The position numbers were made by a program, and so were the translations under genes. A stretch of DNA of 64,000 nucleotides from Myxococcota bacterium (GTDB lineage Bacteria > Myxococcota_A > UBA9160 > PR03). Under the pieces are notes generated by a model. The model was not told where the DNA came from, made no database searches, and saw only the letters and a program-made list of their open reading frames with translations. The stretch lies in NCBI GenBank assembly GCA_041611735.1, contig JBFIML010000018.1:2353-66352 (forward strand). Direction: 5' to 3'. This document shows positions 36,081 to 45,877 of this stretch, piece after piece. Position 1 is the first letter of the stretch, and each line of letters starts with the position of its first letter.

Positions 36081-37486
36081 CGGGTCCGTCTCCAGCGCGG
36101 CCCCCCGGGCGTGTCCTCCACCAGGATGCCCTCGGCGGCCAGCGCATCCCGGATGCGATCGGACTCGGCGAAATCGCGCTGGCTGCGCGCCTGCTCGCGC
36201 CGGGCCAGCAGCGCCTCGATGCGCGGGTCGAACTCCTGGACCTCCTCGGGCCGCCGTGCCCCAACCAGGCCCAGGCCCAGCACCGCGTCGAACTCGTGCA
36301 GCAGCCCGCGCCGGTCGGCCGCCGAGAGCCCGGGCTGGCGCGCCACTTCCCACACCACGGCCAGGGCCCGGGGCGCGTTCAGGTCGTCGCGGATCGCCTG
36401 CCGGAATCGCTGGCGCAGCCGCCCGACCCGCTCCGGGTCCGCCTCGCCGCCGGCCTCGCGCACCTCGGCGGCGTGGCCCAGCAGGCGCCGGTAGCCCACG
36501 TCGGCTGCCTCCATGGCGGCGTCGCTCCAGGCCTGCTGCTGGCGGTAGTGGGCCTGGAGGAAGAAATAGCGATAGGCCAGCGGGTCGTAGCCGCGGCGGA
36601 GCAGGTCGTCGAGCAGCAGCACGTGACCCGTGGACTTCGCCATCTTGCCGCGCTCGAAGATCAGGAAGTCGCAGTGGAGCCAGAAGCGCACCCAGGGGTG
36701 CACGTCGAAGGCGCACTCGCTCTGGGCGATCTCGTTGGTGTGGTGGACCGCCACGTGGTCCACCCCACCCGTGTGGATGTCGAAGCTCGGGCCCAGGTAC
36801 CGGATGCTCATGGCCGAGCACTCCAGGTGCCAGCCCGGAAAGCCCCGGCCCCAGGGTGAGTCCCACTCCTGCTGCCGACGCGTGGTCGGCCGCGCGAACT
36901 TCCACAGCGCGAAGTCCGCCGGGTGGCGCTTGCCGGCCACGTCGCCGATGCGCGCCCCGCCCTCCTGGGCCTCGAGGTCCAGACGCGCGAACTCCGCATA
37001 GCGCGCGAACTTCGACGTATCGAAGTAGAGGCCGTCCTCGATCACGTACGTGTAGCCCTTCTCCTCCAGTCGGCTTGCCAGGTCGATCTGCTCCGGGATG
37101 TGGTCCGTGGCCCGGCACAGCACCTCCGGCTCGAGACAGCCGAGACGCGTGCGGTCGAGACGCCACTGCTCCGTGTAGCGCCACGCCACCTCCTCGGCCC
37201 GCAGCCCGCTGCGGGCTGCGGCCAGCTCCATCTTGTCCTCACCCGCGTCGGCGTCGTCGGTCAGGTGGCCCACGTCCGTCACGTTCACCACGTGGGTCAC
37301 CCGAAGCCCCTCGGCCAGCAGCGCCCGCTTCACCAGGTCGGAGAAGAGCTGGGAGCGCAGATTGCCCAGGTGCTGGGGGGCATACACCGTCGGCCCGCAG
37401 GTGTACATGCGCACGTGCCCGGCCTCCAGGGGCTCGAAGGCCTGCTTGCGCCGCGTGCGCGTGTTGTAGAAGACGAGCGGCTTCAT
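36077..37486 (-). CDS. cysS: cysteine--tRNA ligase
   Basis: The true ATG is at comp. 37484-37486 ([15 protein letters not shown]). The HIGH-type motif appears as [10 protein letters not shown] and the KMSKS-type motif as KMAKSTG. The product is 469 aa. The start overlaps the ispF stop as ATGA. Confidence 0.95.
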   Translation of the reverse strand: MKPLVFYNTRTRRKQAFEPLEAGHVRMYTCGPTVYAPQHLGNLRSQLFSDLVKRALLAEGLRVTHVVNVTDVGHLTDDADAGEDKMELAAARSGLRAEEVAWRYTEQWRLDRTRLGCLEPEVLCRATDHIPEQIDLASRLEEKGYTYVIEDGLYFDTSKFARYAEFARLDLEAQEGGARIGDVAGKRHPADFALWKFARPTTRRQQEWDSPWGRGFPGWHLECSAMSIRYLGPSFDIHTGGVDHVAVHHTNEIAQSECAFDVHPWVRFWLHCDFLIFERGKMAKSTGHVLLLDDLLRRGYDPLAYRYFFLQAHYRQQQAWSDAAMEAADVGYRRLLGHAAEVREAGGEADPERVGRLRQRFRQAIRDDLNAPRALAVVWEVARQPGLSAADRRGLLHEFDAVLGLGLVGARRPEEVQEFDPRIEALLARREQARSQRDFAESDRIRDALAAEGILVEDTPGGPRWRRTR

Positions 37487-38010
37487 GCGAAGGCCGTCTC
37501 TCCGGGTCCATCGGGCACCAGCAGGACCACCGCCGCGGCGGCGATCCCCTCCCCGCGGCCCAACGCCCCGAGCCCGTCGGAGCTCGTGATCTTGACGTTC
37601 ACCGCCTCCGCCTCCACCCGCAGCAGGCGCGCCAGGTTGGCCTGCATCGCCGCCCGGAAGGCGGCCAGGCGCGGCCGCTCGGCCAGCACGGTGGCGTCCA
37701 GGTTCCCCACGGCGAGGCCCGCCGCCCGCACCTGCTGCATGACCCGCTCCACCAGCGTGCTGCTGGCCACACCGCGCAGGGCCGGGTTCGAAGAAGGGAA
37801 GTGGGTACCCAGGTCGCCCTCCCCGATGGCCCCGAGCAGCGCGCTCGCCACCGCGTGCAGCAGCACGTCCCCGTCCGAGTGACCCTCCAGCCCGTGGCCG
37901 AAGGGAATTGCCACCGCACCGAGCACTAGCGGCCGACCGGCCACCAGGCGGTGGGCGTCGAAGCCCTGGCCCACGCGGGGTCGGGCCGCCCGCAATCCGG
38001 CGCCGCTCAC
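37483..38010 (-). CDS. ispF: 2-C-methyl-D-erythritol 2,4-cyclodiphosphate synthase
   Basis: Diagnostic segments are RVGQGFDAHRL, GHSDGDVLLHAV and GDLGTHFP. The start is GTG at comp. 38008-38010, forming a GTGA overlap with the ispD stop. An alternative GTG lies at comp. 37972-37974. Confidence 0.9.
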   Translation of the reverse strand: MSGAGLRAARPRVGQGFDAHRLVAGRPLVLGAVAIPFGHGLEGHSDGDVLLHAVASALLGAIGEGDLGTHFPSSNPALRGVASSTLVERVMQQVRAAGLAVGNLDATVLAERPRLAAFRAAMQANLARLLRVEAEAVNVKITSSDGLGALGRGEGIAAAAVVLLVPDGPGETAFA

Positions 38011-38708
38011 GCGCTCTCGACACCGCGCGACCGCAGCCACGCCTCGGCCGCCACCAGATCTCCCGGCCAGGTCACCTTCAGGTTGGCGGGATCCCCCTCC
38101 ACCACGTGTACCGGCACGCCAAGCCGCTCCACCAGCTGGGCGTCGTCGGTGGCCACGAACCCGTCGGCCTGGGCCTTGGCCAGGGCCTCGCGCAGCAGCC
38201 GCGTGCGGAACACCTGGGGTGTCTGGGCCACCCAGCACTCGGCCCGCTCCGGCGTGTCGACCACGCGCCCCGCCCGGACGCGCTTGATGGTGTCCCGGGC
38301 CGGTACCGCAAGCAGAGCCGCTCCGTGGCGGCGGGCCGCCTCCACCACCCGGGCCACGTCCTCGGCCCGCACCAGCGGGCGCGCCGCATCGTGCACCGCC
38401 ACCCACTCGACGTCCCCGGGCAGCGCCGCCAGGCCCGCTGCCACCGAGTCCTGACGCTCGGCCCCGCCGGCCACCGCCTCCGCGAGCTTGGCTCCCTGGG
38501 CGAGGCGCTCCGCCAGGGCGGCAAAACGGCCGCGCTCGGCGGAAGCTACCACCGGGACCACGCGGTCGACGGCGGGGCAGGCGCACAGCGCCTCGAGGGC
38601 GTGCACGAGCAGCGGCCGACCTGCCAGGGGGACGAAGGCCTTGGGCCGGTCGGACCCGAAGCGCTCGCCTCGTCCGGCAGCGAGCAGCAGAGCCGCGACG
38701 CTCGGCAT
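38007..38708 (-). CDS. ispD: 2-C-methyl-D-erythritol 4-phosphate cytidylyltransferase
   Basis: Diagnostic segments are AALLLAAGRGERFGSDRPKAF, VAVHDAARPL and DTIKRV...QTPQVF. Confidence 0.93.
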   Translation of the reverse strand: MPSVAALLLAAGRGERFGSDRPKAFVPLAGRPLLVHALEALCACPAVDRVVPVVASAERGRFAALAERLAQGAKLAEAVAGGAERQDSVAAGLAALPGDVEWVAVHDAARPLVRAEDVARVVEAARRHGAALLAVPARDTIKRVRAGRVVDTPERAECWVAQTPQVFRTRLLREALAKAQADGFVATDDAQLVERLGVPVHVVEGDPANLKVTWPGDLVAAEAWLRSRGVESA

Positions 38709-38805
38709 GGAACGGAAGATAGCCGATCGCCCGTGGCGGTTCTGCCGCCGCGCGCGGCTTGCTGTGCGTCGGCGGTGCTAACGTGCGCGCGGGAGGAAGT
38801 CCGTC

Positions 38806-40437
38806 ATGCGCATCCACCTGGCCAAGCTGCTGGTGCTCTCGCTTTCCTGGCTGCCTGCCGGCTCTGCACTCGGTGCGGACGAGTCCAAGAAAGGCGCCCT
38901 CGACGGCGCCCCGCCCACCCTGCACGGGAGCCTGCGCCTCGCCCTGGCCGATGCCGTCTCCATGGGCATCGAGAACAACCTCGATGTGGAGATCGAGCGG
39001 CACGGGCCGCTGCTGGCCGCCGAGGACCTGGGTGTCGCCTGGGGATCCTTCGACCCGGAGCTGGCCGCCGAGTTCGGCGTCACGGACGTGGAGACGCCGG
39101 TCGCCACCAGCCTGCAGGTGGGCAATCCGGTGCTGGCGGAGCGAACCGTGTCGGGCCGCTCCGGGCTGCGCGGCCTGCTGCCCTGGCTCGGGGGCAGCTA
39201 CGAGCTCGGCTATACCGGCCAGGAGCTCGAGACGAACTCCGTGATCGCCTCGCTCTCCCCGGAGTTCCGGGCGGGCCTGCTGGCCCAGCTCCAGGTTCCC
39301 CTGATGCGCGACCTGTTCTGGGGCGAGCCCTGGACCAACGTGAAGCGCGCGCGCGTCGGGGTACGCGCCAGCCAGGAAGAGTTCCGCCGCCAGCTGATGG
39401 ACACGGTGCAGGCCACCGAGGACGCCTACTGGGGGCTCGTGGCCGCCGCGGAGCAGCTGCGCGTGGCGGAGAAGAGCCTGGATACCGCCAGCGCCCTGCT
39501 CGAGCAGACCAAGATCCAGTACGAGGTCGGAGTCGTGTCGCGGGTCGAGGTCACCGAGGCGGAGGCAGGCGTCGCCGAGCGGGAGGTGGCGCGCATCCGC
39601 AGCGACAACCTGTACCGCAGCGCCCAGGACCGCCTCATCGACCTCGTGCTCGGTCCCAACCTGACTGCCACCTCGCGCCTCGAGATCGAGCCCACCGACG
39701 ACCCGGCCGCGATCAGCGTGCGCGAAGTGGACGTGGAGGAGGCCCTGCGCAAGGCCCTGGAGCGCCGGCCCGAACTCGCCCTGGCCCGGGAGGAAATCGA
39801 GCGCCAGGAGATCGAGATCGCCTTCGCCCGCAACCAGCGCCTGCCACGGCTCGACCTGGTGGGCAGCTACGGCTTCCAGGGGCTCGCTGGCCGGGACAAC
39901 CCCAGCCGCTTCAACTTCGCCAACCCCGGCACGCCGCCCCCGCCGGTGGTGGGCATCGACTCGGACTACGGCGGCACGCACGACGACTTCTTCTCCGGCG
40001 ACGGTGCCCGCCAGTGGTCAGCGCGCGGGATCTTCTCGATCCCGCTCGGAAACGTGCGGGGCCGCCACGACGTGCGCAAGCGGGAGCTCGAGCTGCGCCG
40101 CTCGGAGCGGCGCCTGCGCCGGGTCGAGCAGCTCATCGTGCTGGAGATCCGCGACGCGGTCCGCAACCTGCTCTCGTCCCTGGAGGGGATCGAGGCGGCG
40201 GAGCGGCGACGCCTGGCGGCCGCCGAGCAGCTGCGCGCCGAGCGGGTGCGGCTCGAGCAGGGCGAGTCGACGCCCTTCGAGGTCCTCGACCGGGAGGAGA
40301 AGCTGGTGGCGGCGGAGAGCCAGAAGATCGAGGCGCAGCGCGTCTATCACGCCTCGGTCACGGCGGCGGACCGGGCCCAGGGCACCATCCTGACCAGCCG
40401 GAACGTGGTGATGCAGGACGCGAGCCGCCTGCGCTAG
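38806..40437 (+). CDS. TolC-family outer-membrane efflux protein
   Basis: GGGAGGAAG lies upstream. The signal peptide is MRIHLAKLLVLSLSWLPAGSALGA. Two OEP repeats with long helical segments follow (LRLALADAVSMGIENNLDV...). Confidence 0.88.
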   Translation: MRIHLAKLLVLSLSWLPAGSALGADESKKGALDGAPPTLHGSLRLALADAVSMGIENNLDVEIERHGPLLAAEDLGVAWGSFDPELAAEFGVTDVETPVATSLQVGNPVLAERTVSGRSGLRGLLPWLGGSYELGYTGQELETNSVIASLSPEFRAGLLAQLQVPLMRDLFWGEPWTNVKRARVGVRASQEEFRRQLMDTVQATEDAYWGLVAAAEQLRVAEKSLDTASALLEQTKIQYEVGVVSRVEVTEAEAGVAEREVARIRSDNLYRSAQDRLIDLVLGPNLTATSRLEIEPTDDPAAISVREVDVEEALRKALERRPELALAREEIERQEIEIAFARNQRLPRLDLVGSYGFQGLAGRDNPSRFNFANPGTPPPPVVGIDSDYGGTHDDFFSGDGARQWSARGIFSIPLGNVRGRHDVRKRELELRRSERRLRRVEQLIVLEIRDAVRNLLSSLEGIEAAERRRLAAAEQLRAERVRLEQGESTPFEVLDREEKLVAAESQKIEAQRVYHASVTAADRAQGTILTSRNVVMQDASRLR

Positions 40438-40451
40438 GCACCAAGAACGCG

Positions 40452-41402
40452 TCAGGCGCGGGCGGCGCGGGTGCGCCGGGGGGGGGCGGCGCCGGCCGAA
40501 CCGAAACGGCGCTCCAGCAGCAGCAGGGTGGGCGAGGCCACGTAGATTGTGGAGTAGGTCCCGATCACGATCCCGATGGCCATGGCCTGGGCGAAGGGAC
40601 GGATCACCTCGCCGCCCAGGAAGAGCAGGCAGAGCACCGCGATCAGCGTGGTGCCCGAGGTCAGGATCGTCCGCGAGAGGGTCTGGTTCACGCTCTGGTT
40701 CACCACTTCCGGCAGGTCGGTGCGGGTGCGAAGCTCCATGTTCTCCCGGATGCGGTCGTAGATGATGATGGTGTCGTTGAGGCTGTAGCCGATGATGGCC
40801 AGCAGCGCCGCCAGAACCTGCAGGTTGAACTCCTCGCCCAGCATCACCCAGATTCCGGCCGTGATCAGCACGTCGTGGATCAGCGCGAGCACCGCCCCGG
40901 GCGCGAAGCGCGGCGTGAAGCGGAAGCCGATGTAGATCAGGATCAGCAGGCACGCGAGGCCTAGGGCCGTGAGCCCATCGCGGCGCAGCTCCGCGCCCAC
41001 CCGTGGCCCGACGAACTCGACCCGCTGCACCTCGACGGGACCGATCGCCTGGCCCAGCGCCTCCGCCAGGCCGTCCACCACCTCGCCCTTGCCGTGCTCC
41101 TCCTCTCCCGCGAAGCCGATCAGGAACTCGCCTTCTTCCGCGTCTCCGAAGCGCACCACGCTCGCGTCCGGGACGCCGTTGCGCCGCACCACGTCCCGCA
41201 CGCGGCCCACGTCCACGCCCGCCGCTTCCGCGAAGCGCACCTGGATCTCGTTGCCGCCCGCGAAGTCGATGCCCCAGCGCACGCCCCGCACGAAGATCGC
41301 AGCCACCCCGATGGCGAGCAGCAGGAGCGAGAGCCCCACGAACAGGCGCCACTTCCCGATGAAGTCGAAGCTGGTGCCCGACCGGATGAACTCGAGCGGC
41401 AT
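40452..41402 (-). CDS. secF: protein translocase subunit SecF
   Basis: Diagnostic segments are FDFIGKWRLFVGLSLLLL, GIDFAGG, YSLNDTIIIYDRIREN and NQTLSRTILTSGTTL. Confidence 0.95.
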   Translation of the reverse strand: MPLEFIRSGTSFDFIGKWRLFVGLSLLLLAIGVAAIFVRGVRWGIDFAGGNEIQVRFAEAAGVDVGRVRDVVRRNGVPDASVVRFGDAEEGEFLIGFAGEEEHGKGEVVDGLAEALGQAIGPVEVQRVEFVGPRVGAELRRDGLTALGLACLLILIYIGFRFTPRFAPGAVLALIHDVLITAGIWVMLGEEFNLQVLAALLAIIGYSLNDTIIIYDRIRENMELRTRTDLPEVVNQSVNQTLSRTILTSGTTLIAVLCLLFLGGEVIRPFAQAMAIGIVIGTYSTIYVASPTLLLLERRFGSAGAAPPRRTRAARA

Positions 41403-41411
41403 CGGGCCCTC

Positions 41412-43004
41412 CTAGATCGAGAGCGCCCGGACGGGCCGGGAGCCGGGGTGGATGTCGTAGAGCAGCCGCGTGATCATCAGCGCCGAGAAGACGCTGGTCA
41501 GGATGCCGATGGAGAGGGTCACCGCGAAGCCCTTGATGGGGCCCGTCCCGTACTGGAACAGCACGATCGCCGTGATCAGCGTGGTGATGTTCGCATCCAG
41601 GATCGTCCAGAGGGCCTTGTTGAAGCCGGTCCTGATCGCCGCCCGCGGCGTCTTGCCCAGACGCAGCTCCTCCCGGATGCGCTCGAAGATGATGACGTTG
41701 GCGTCGATCGCCATGCCCACCGTGAGGACGATGCCCGCGATGCCCGGCAGGGTGAGCGTCGCCTTGGCCAGGGACATGATGCCCAGGATGAGCAGCAGGT
41801 TCGCGAGCAGCGCCACACTGGCGTAGAGCCCCGACTGCCGGTAGTAGACCGCGGCGAACACCACCACCAGCACCAGGCCGAGGATCGAGGCCTGCAGGCC
41901 GCGCCGGATCGAATCGGCGCCGAGCGCCGGCCCCACCGTGCGCTCCTCCTCGATCTGGATCGGAATCGGCAGCGACCCGGCGCGCAGGATGACCGCCAGG
42001 TGCGACGCCTCGTCGGGGGTGAAGCGCCCGCGGATGAAGCCCCGCCCCCCGCCGATGCGCTGCTCGATGCGCGGCGCGCTGTGCACCTGGCCGTCTAGCA
42101 GGATCGCCAGCAGATCCCCGGCGTGCTCCTTGGTGAGGTCTCCGAAGCGACGCGCCCCTTCGGAGTTGAACGAGAAGTCCACCACCCAGCCGAAGCGGTT
42201 GTCCAGGCGCGAACGGGCGTCGTTCAGCAGCTCCCCCGTCAGATCCGGCGACTTGCGCACCAGGTAGGCCTGGACCACACGCTCGCTCTCCTCTTCCTTC
42301 TCGAACACGACCTCGAAGCCTTCGGGCAGCGCCTCGCTGTACTGGGCGCGCAGCAGCTCCTCCGTCGGCGCGCTGGCGTGGACGATCTTGAACTCCAGGA
42401 AGCCCGTCTTGCGCAGCAGGCCCCGCGCCTGGTCGCGGTCCAGCTGGCCGCCCGGGATCTGCACCAGCACCCGGTCGGCGCCCTGGCGGGTCACCACCGC
42501 GTCCTGCACGCCCTGGATCGGATCGTCGATGCGCCGGCGCAGCACCTCGAGCACCTGCTGCATGCCGCGTTCGCGCACCTGCCGGGTCCACTCGGCGGTG
42601 AGCCCCAGGGTGATCGAGTCCGGCCCGGACTCCAGGACCTTCAGGACCTCGGTTTCCAGGGCCACGCGCCGCAGCGAGTCGAGCTCTTCGGAGCGTGCCA
42701 CTTCGGCCAGCAGGCGGGTGCCGTCCACCACCAGGCGCTTCGGGGCGATGCCGAGCTCCTCGAGGCGCATCTCCAGCGTCCCGCGCAGGACGTCGAGCTC
42801 GTGGGAGACGGCCACCGCCAAGTCGGGTCCCAGCACCCAGTGGATGCCACCCTGCAGGTCGAGGCCGAGGCGCACCCCCTCGTCCGGGAGCAGCACGCTC
42901 GCGTGCCGCGTCGGGCGGGGAAAGAAGTTCGCCACGGCCAGGTAGCCGAACAGGAGGACGCTGACGATGACGACGATGGCGTGCCAGCGCGTCGTCCCGC
43001 TCAC
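41412..43004 (-). CDS. secD: protein translocase subunit SecD
   Basis: Diagnostic segments are LGLDLQGGIHWVL, LPGIAGIVLTVGMAIDANVIIFERIREE and ILDANITTLITA. The GTG start forms a GTGA overlap with the yajC stop. Confidence 0.95.
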   Translation of the reverse strand: MSGTTRWHAIVVIVSVLLFGYLAVANFFPRPTRHASVLLPDEGVRLGLDLQGGIHWVLGPDLAVAVSHELDVLRGTLEMRLEELGIAPKRLVVDGTRLLAEVARSEELDSLRRVALETEVLKVLESGPDSITLGLTAEWTRQVRERGMQQVLEVLRRRIDDPIQGVQDAVVTRQGADRVLVQIPGGQLDRDQARGLLRKTGFLEFKIVHASAPTEELLRAQYSEALPEGFEVVFEKEEESERVVQAYLVRKSPDLTGELLNDARSRLDNRFGWVVDFSFNSEGARRFGDLTKEHAGDLLAILLDGQVHSAPRIEQRIGGGRGFIRGRFTPDEASHLAVILRAGSLPIPIQIEEERTVGPALGADSIRRGLQASILGLVLVVVFAAVYYRQSGLYASVALLANLLLILGIMSLAKATLTLPGIAGIVLTVGMAIDANVIIFERIREELRLGKTPRAAIRTGFNKALWTILDANITTLITAIVLFQYGTGPIKGFAVTLSIGILTSVFSALMITRLLYDIHPGSRPVRALSI

Positions 43005-43348
43005 TTCTCCTCGCCTCCCTTGGCCTTCTCCACCAGGCGCTCGATGCGGGCGCGGTCGACCTTGACCCGAACCCGCTCCCCGCGCACGTTGGCGATCTCG
43101 AGGGTGAGCACGTCGTCCGCGGTGCCGGTCACGCTGCCGTGCAGTCCGCCGCTGGTCACCACCCGATCGCCCTTCTCCAGCCCGCGGATCAGCTGCTCGT
43201 GGTCGCGCTGCCGGCGCTGCTGGGGCCGGATGAGCAGGAAGTAGAAGATCAGGAAGATCAGGGCCATGGGCAGCAGGAAGCCGAAGGGCGAGGGCTGCGG
43301 CGCGGCCCCTTCCGCCTGGAGCGGCACGGCCAGGACGACGCCCCTCAT
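43001..43348 (-). CDS. yajC: preprotein translocase subunit YajC
   Basis: Diagnostic segments are LPMALIFLIFYFLLIRPQQRRQRDHEQLIRGLEKGDRVVTSGGLHGSV. The ATG at comp. 43346-43348 forms an ATGA overlap with the spoIID-like stop. Confidence 0.88.
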   Translation of the reverse strand: MRGVVLAVPLQAEGAAPQPSPFGFLLPMALIFLIFYFLLIRPQQRRQRDHEQLIRGLEKGDRVVTSGGLHGSVTGTADDVLTLEIANVRGERVRVKVDRARIERLVEKAKGGEEK

Positions 43349-44505
43349 CGCGCCCCCGCGGCCGGCGCGGCCGGAAACGCCGCCGGAGCCAGCGCGGACA
43401 GCTGCCGCAGCTCCGTCCCCGGGTAGAAGTGCGCCAGGATGCGCCGGTAGGGGACCCCGCGGCGGGCCAGGACGCGCGCGCCCCACTGGCTCATGCCCAC
43501 GCCGTGGCCGTAGCCGGAGCCCAGGAACACGAAGCCGGTCGGCTCGGGGCGGACGCGGAAGCGGGTGCTGCGCAGCCGCGTGGCGCCGAGCGCCCTGCGG
43601 AGCGCCCGTCCGCTCACCCGCGTCTGCCCGTCGCTCCCCACCAGGGCGACCTCCGCCACCCGTCCGCTCGGCGTCTCGGCGAGCACGCGTACCTCTGCCA
43701 GGCTTCCCACGGGCCGCCCCATTGCCGCCGCGATCTTCTCGAGCTCCCCCCGCGAGACCCACGCGCGCCACCGGCTGTCCGGTGACGCTTCCTCCCCCGG
43801 CACCTCGACGCTCACGAGGTACGGGAGTGTGCGCCCCCAGACCTCGGCCGCGCTCGCGGTGCGTCCGCCGGCCGTGCCGTGGAAGGCGGCCAGGATGGGC
43901 TCGCCGCGCCAAGCCAGGTATTCGCCCCGGGTGGCGTCCGTGGCCTGCCAGGCCCAGGGAGCCTCGCCCTCGATCCCCAGGTAGACCTGCGCCGACGTGT
44001 CCGCCTCCAGATGCCAGGGCTTGTCCCCGGCGCGGGCGCGCCGGTGCAGGGCGTAGGTGCGGGACGCCACGGCCTGGGCGCGAAGCGCCTGCTGCCCCCA
44101 GCTCGGACTCACCTCACCGAGCAGGGTAGCCGCCACGTAGGCTTCCAGCGGAATCTCGTTGATGACTTCCAACCCCTTTTCCGTGCGAAGGATTTCGATC
44201 TCGCCGCGATACGGGCGATGGGCCACCCGGTAGGGCCCCGCCGGGGGCATCCGGTGGCGGGAGCCCACCGGCCGGCCGTCCACGCGCAGGCCGTCCGCGG
44301 CGGCCTCCACACGCAGCGAACGGCCGCCCGCCACGAGGTCGACCGACTCGGCGTTGGCCAGCAAGCGGACCCGCAGGAGGGGCTCCTCCGCGCCGGCCCG
44401 CACCGAACCCGCCGCGGCCAGCACGAGGACCGCGAGCACGGTGCGCACCGATGCCACTCCCCCCATGGCGAGCGCTGGTATGGCACGAAGGCCGGAGGGG
44501 GTCAA
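43345..44505 (-). CDS. SpoIID/LytB-domain protein
   Basis: Diagnostic segments are IPLEAYVAATLLGEVSPSWGQQALRAQAVASRTYAL and GYGHGVGMSQWGA. The signal peptide is MGGVASVRTVLAVLVLAAAGSVRA. The start is TTG at 44505 or, more likely, ATG at comp. 44464-44466. Confidence 0.88.
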   Translation of the reverse strand: MTPSGLRAIPALAMGGVASVRTVLAVLVLAAAGSVRAGAEEPLLRVRLLANAESVDLVAGGRSLRVEAAADGLRVDGRPVGSRHRMPPAGPYRVAHRPYRGEIEILRTEKGLEVINEIPLEAYVAATLLGEVSPSWGQQALRAQAVASRTYALHRRARAGDKPWHLEADTSAQVYLGIEGEAPWAWQATDATRGEYLAWRGEPILAAFHGTAGGRTASAAEVWGRTLPYLVSVEVPGEEASPDSRWRAWVSRGELEKIAAAMGRPVGSLAEVRVLAETPSGRVAEVALVGSDGQTRVSGRALRRALGATRLRSTRFRVRPEPTGFVFLGSGYGHGVGMSQWGARVLARRGVPYRRILAHFYPGTELRQLSALAPAAFPAAPAAGAR

Positions 44506-44513
44506 GCAAGCGC

Positions 44514-45779
44514 CTACGTACCGGCGGCGTAGTCGGTCTCGTAGACGCGCTGCTCGTCCGTCAGGCGGTCGACCTCGATGCCCATGGTGGCGAGCTTGAC
44601 GCGGGCGATCTCCTCGTCCTGCTCGCGAGGGATGTCGTGGACGCTCGGACCGAGCTCCCGCCCTTCCTGGGCCAGCCGGATCAGGGACAGGAACTGGTTC
44701 GCGAAGCTCATGTCCATGACCTCGCTCGGATGGCCCTCCGCAGCGGCCAGGTTCACCAGACGCCCGCGGGCCAGCAGGTAGAGCCGACGGCCGTTGCGCA
44801 GCCGGTACTCCTCGGTGGAGGTGCGGATGGTGCGCTTCTCCTCCGCCAGCTTCTCCAGATCGGGGATGTTGATCTCACAGTCGTAGTGGCCGGTGTTGCA
44901 GAGCAGCGCCCCGTCGCGCATGCGCTCGAAGTGGCGCCCCACCAGCACGTCCTTCATGCCCGTGGCGGTGATGAAAATCTCTCCCACCTCGGCGGCCTGG
45001 GCCATGGGCATCACGGTGAAGCCCTCGAGCCGTGCCTTGAGTGCGGCGATCGGGCGCACCTCGGTCACGATCACGTTGGCGCCCATTCCCCGTGCGCGCA
45101 TGGCGCAGCCGCGACCGCAGTGTCCGTAGCCGGCCACCACGAAGTTCTTGCCCGCGATCAGCACCGAGGTCGCCCGCAGGATGCCGTCGATGGAGGACTG
45201 GCCGGTGCCGTAGACGTTGTCGAAGTCCCACTTCGTCTCGGCGTCGTTCACCGCGATCACCGGGTAGAGGAGCTTGCCGTCGGCGGCCATGGCCCGCAGG
45301 CGGTGGACGCCGGTGGTGGTCTCCTCGGTTCCGCCCACGATCTGCGCGGCCAGGTCCCGGTGCTTGCTGTGGACCGTGAAGATCAGGTCCGCCCCGTCGT
45401 CCAGGGTCAGGGTGGGCTTGCGGTCGATGGTGCGTTCGATGCACCAGTAGAACTCCTCGGTGTCCATGCCGTGCCACGCAAAGATGGCCAGGCCGTCGGC
45501 GGCCAGGGCGGCGGCGATGTCGTCCTGGGTGGAGAGGGGATTGCAGCCGGACCAGGCCACGTCGGCGCCGGCGGCCGCCAGGGCGCGGACCAGCACCGCC
45601 GTCTCCTTGGTGACGTGCAGGCAACCCGCCACCCGCTGGCCCGCCAGGGGCCGGGTCTTCTCGGCGCGCTCGCGCAGGGCGCGCAGAACCGGCATGCGGC
45701 TCTCGGCCCACTCGATCTTCAAGCGGCCGGCCTCGGCGAGGCCGAGGTCGCGGACCGCGTAGCGCTCGGTCTTGTGCAT
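44514..45779 (-). CDS. ahcY: adenosylhomocysteinase
   Basis: Diagnostic segments are YAVRDLGLAEAGRLKIEWAE, HVTKETAVL, LLDDGADL, GTEETTTGV, DNVYGTGQS and VAGYGHCGRG. I chose the second ATG (comp. 45777-45779) because GGAGG lies 5 nt upstream of it. The track start is 45791. Confidence 0.95.
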   Translation of the reverse strand: MHKTERYAVRDLGLAEAGRLKIEWAESRMPVLRALRERAEKTRPLAGQRVAGCLHVTKETAVLVRALAAAGADVAWSGCNPLSTQDDIAAALAADGLAIFAWHGMDTEEFYWCIERTIDRKPTLTLDDGADLIFTVHSKHRDLAAQIVGGTEETTTGVHRLRAMAADGKLLYPVIAVNDAETKWDFDNVYGTGQSSIDGILRATSVLIAGKNFVVAGYGHCGRGCAMRARGMGANVIVTEVRPIAALKARLEGFTVMPMAQAAEVGEIFITATGMKDVLVGRHFERMRDGALLCNTGHYDCEINIPDLEKLAEEKRTIRTSTEEYRLRNGRRLYLLARGRLVNLAAAEGHPSEVMDMSFANQFLSLIRLAQEGRELGPSVHDIPREQDEEIARVKLATMGIEVDRLTDEQRVYETDYAAGT

Positions 45780-45832
45780 GGTCGCCTCCATGGCCCCGGG
45801 CGGGCCACAATATGAGGGTATGCGGATGCGGG

Positions 45833-45861
45833 AATGTATGAGCCTCCCGCCGCCGCGTCAA
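45833..45861 (-). promoter_or_regulatory. sigma-70-like promoter for ahcY
   Basis: On the minus strand the element reads TTGACG-N17-TACATT. It sits in an AT-richer patch of the metK-ahcY spacer, about 40 nt upstream of the first ATG. Confidence 0.4.
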
Positions 45862-45877
45862 GCGGGGCCCGAGGCGT

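Noticed and set aside
37908-40964. 1018-aa plus-strand ORF, and the similar 45959..49129 (1056 aa), 22422..24245, 16442..18283 and 18681..20450 ORFs
   Set aside because: All overlap well-supported genes on the other strand or in another frame, lack any recognisable motif, and show the Arg/Pro/Gly bias of non-coding frames in high-GC DNA.
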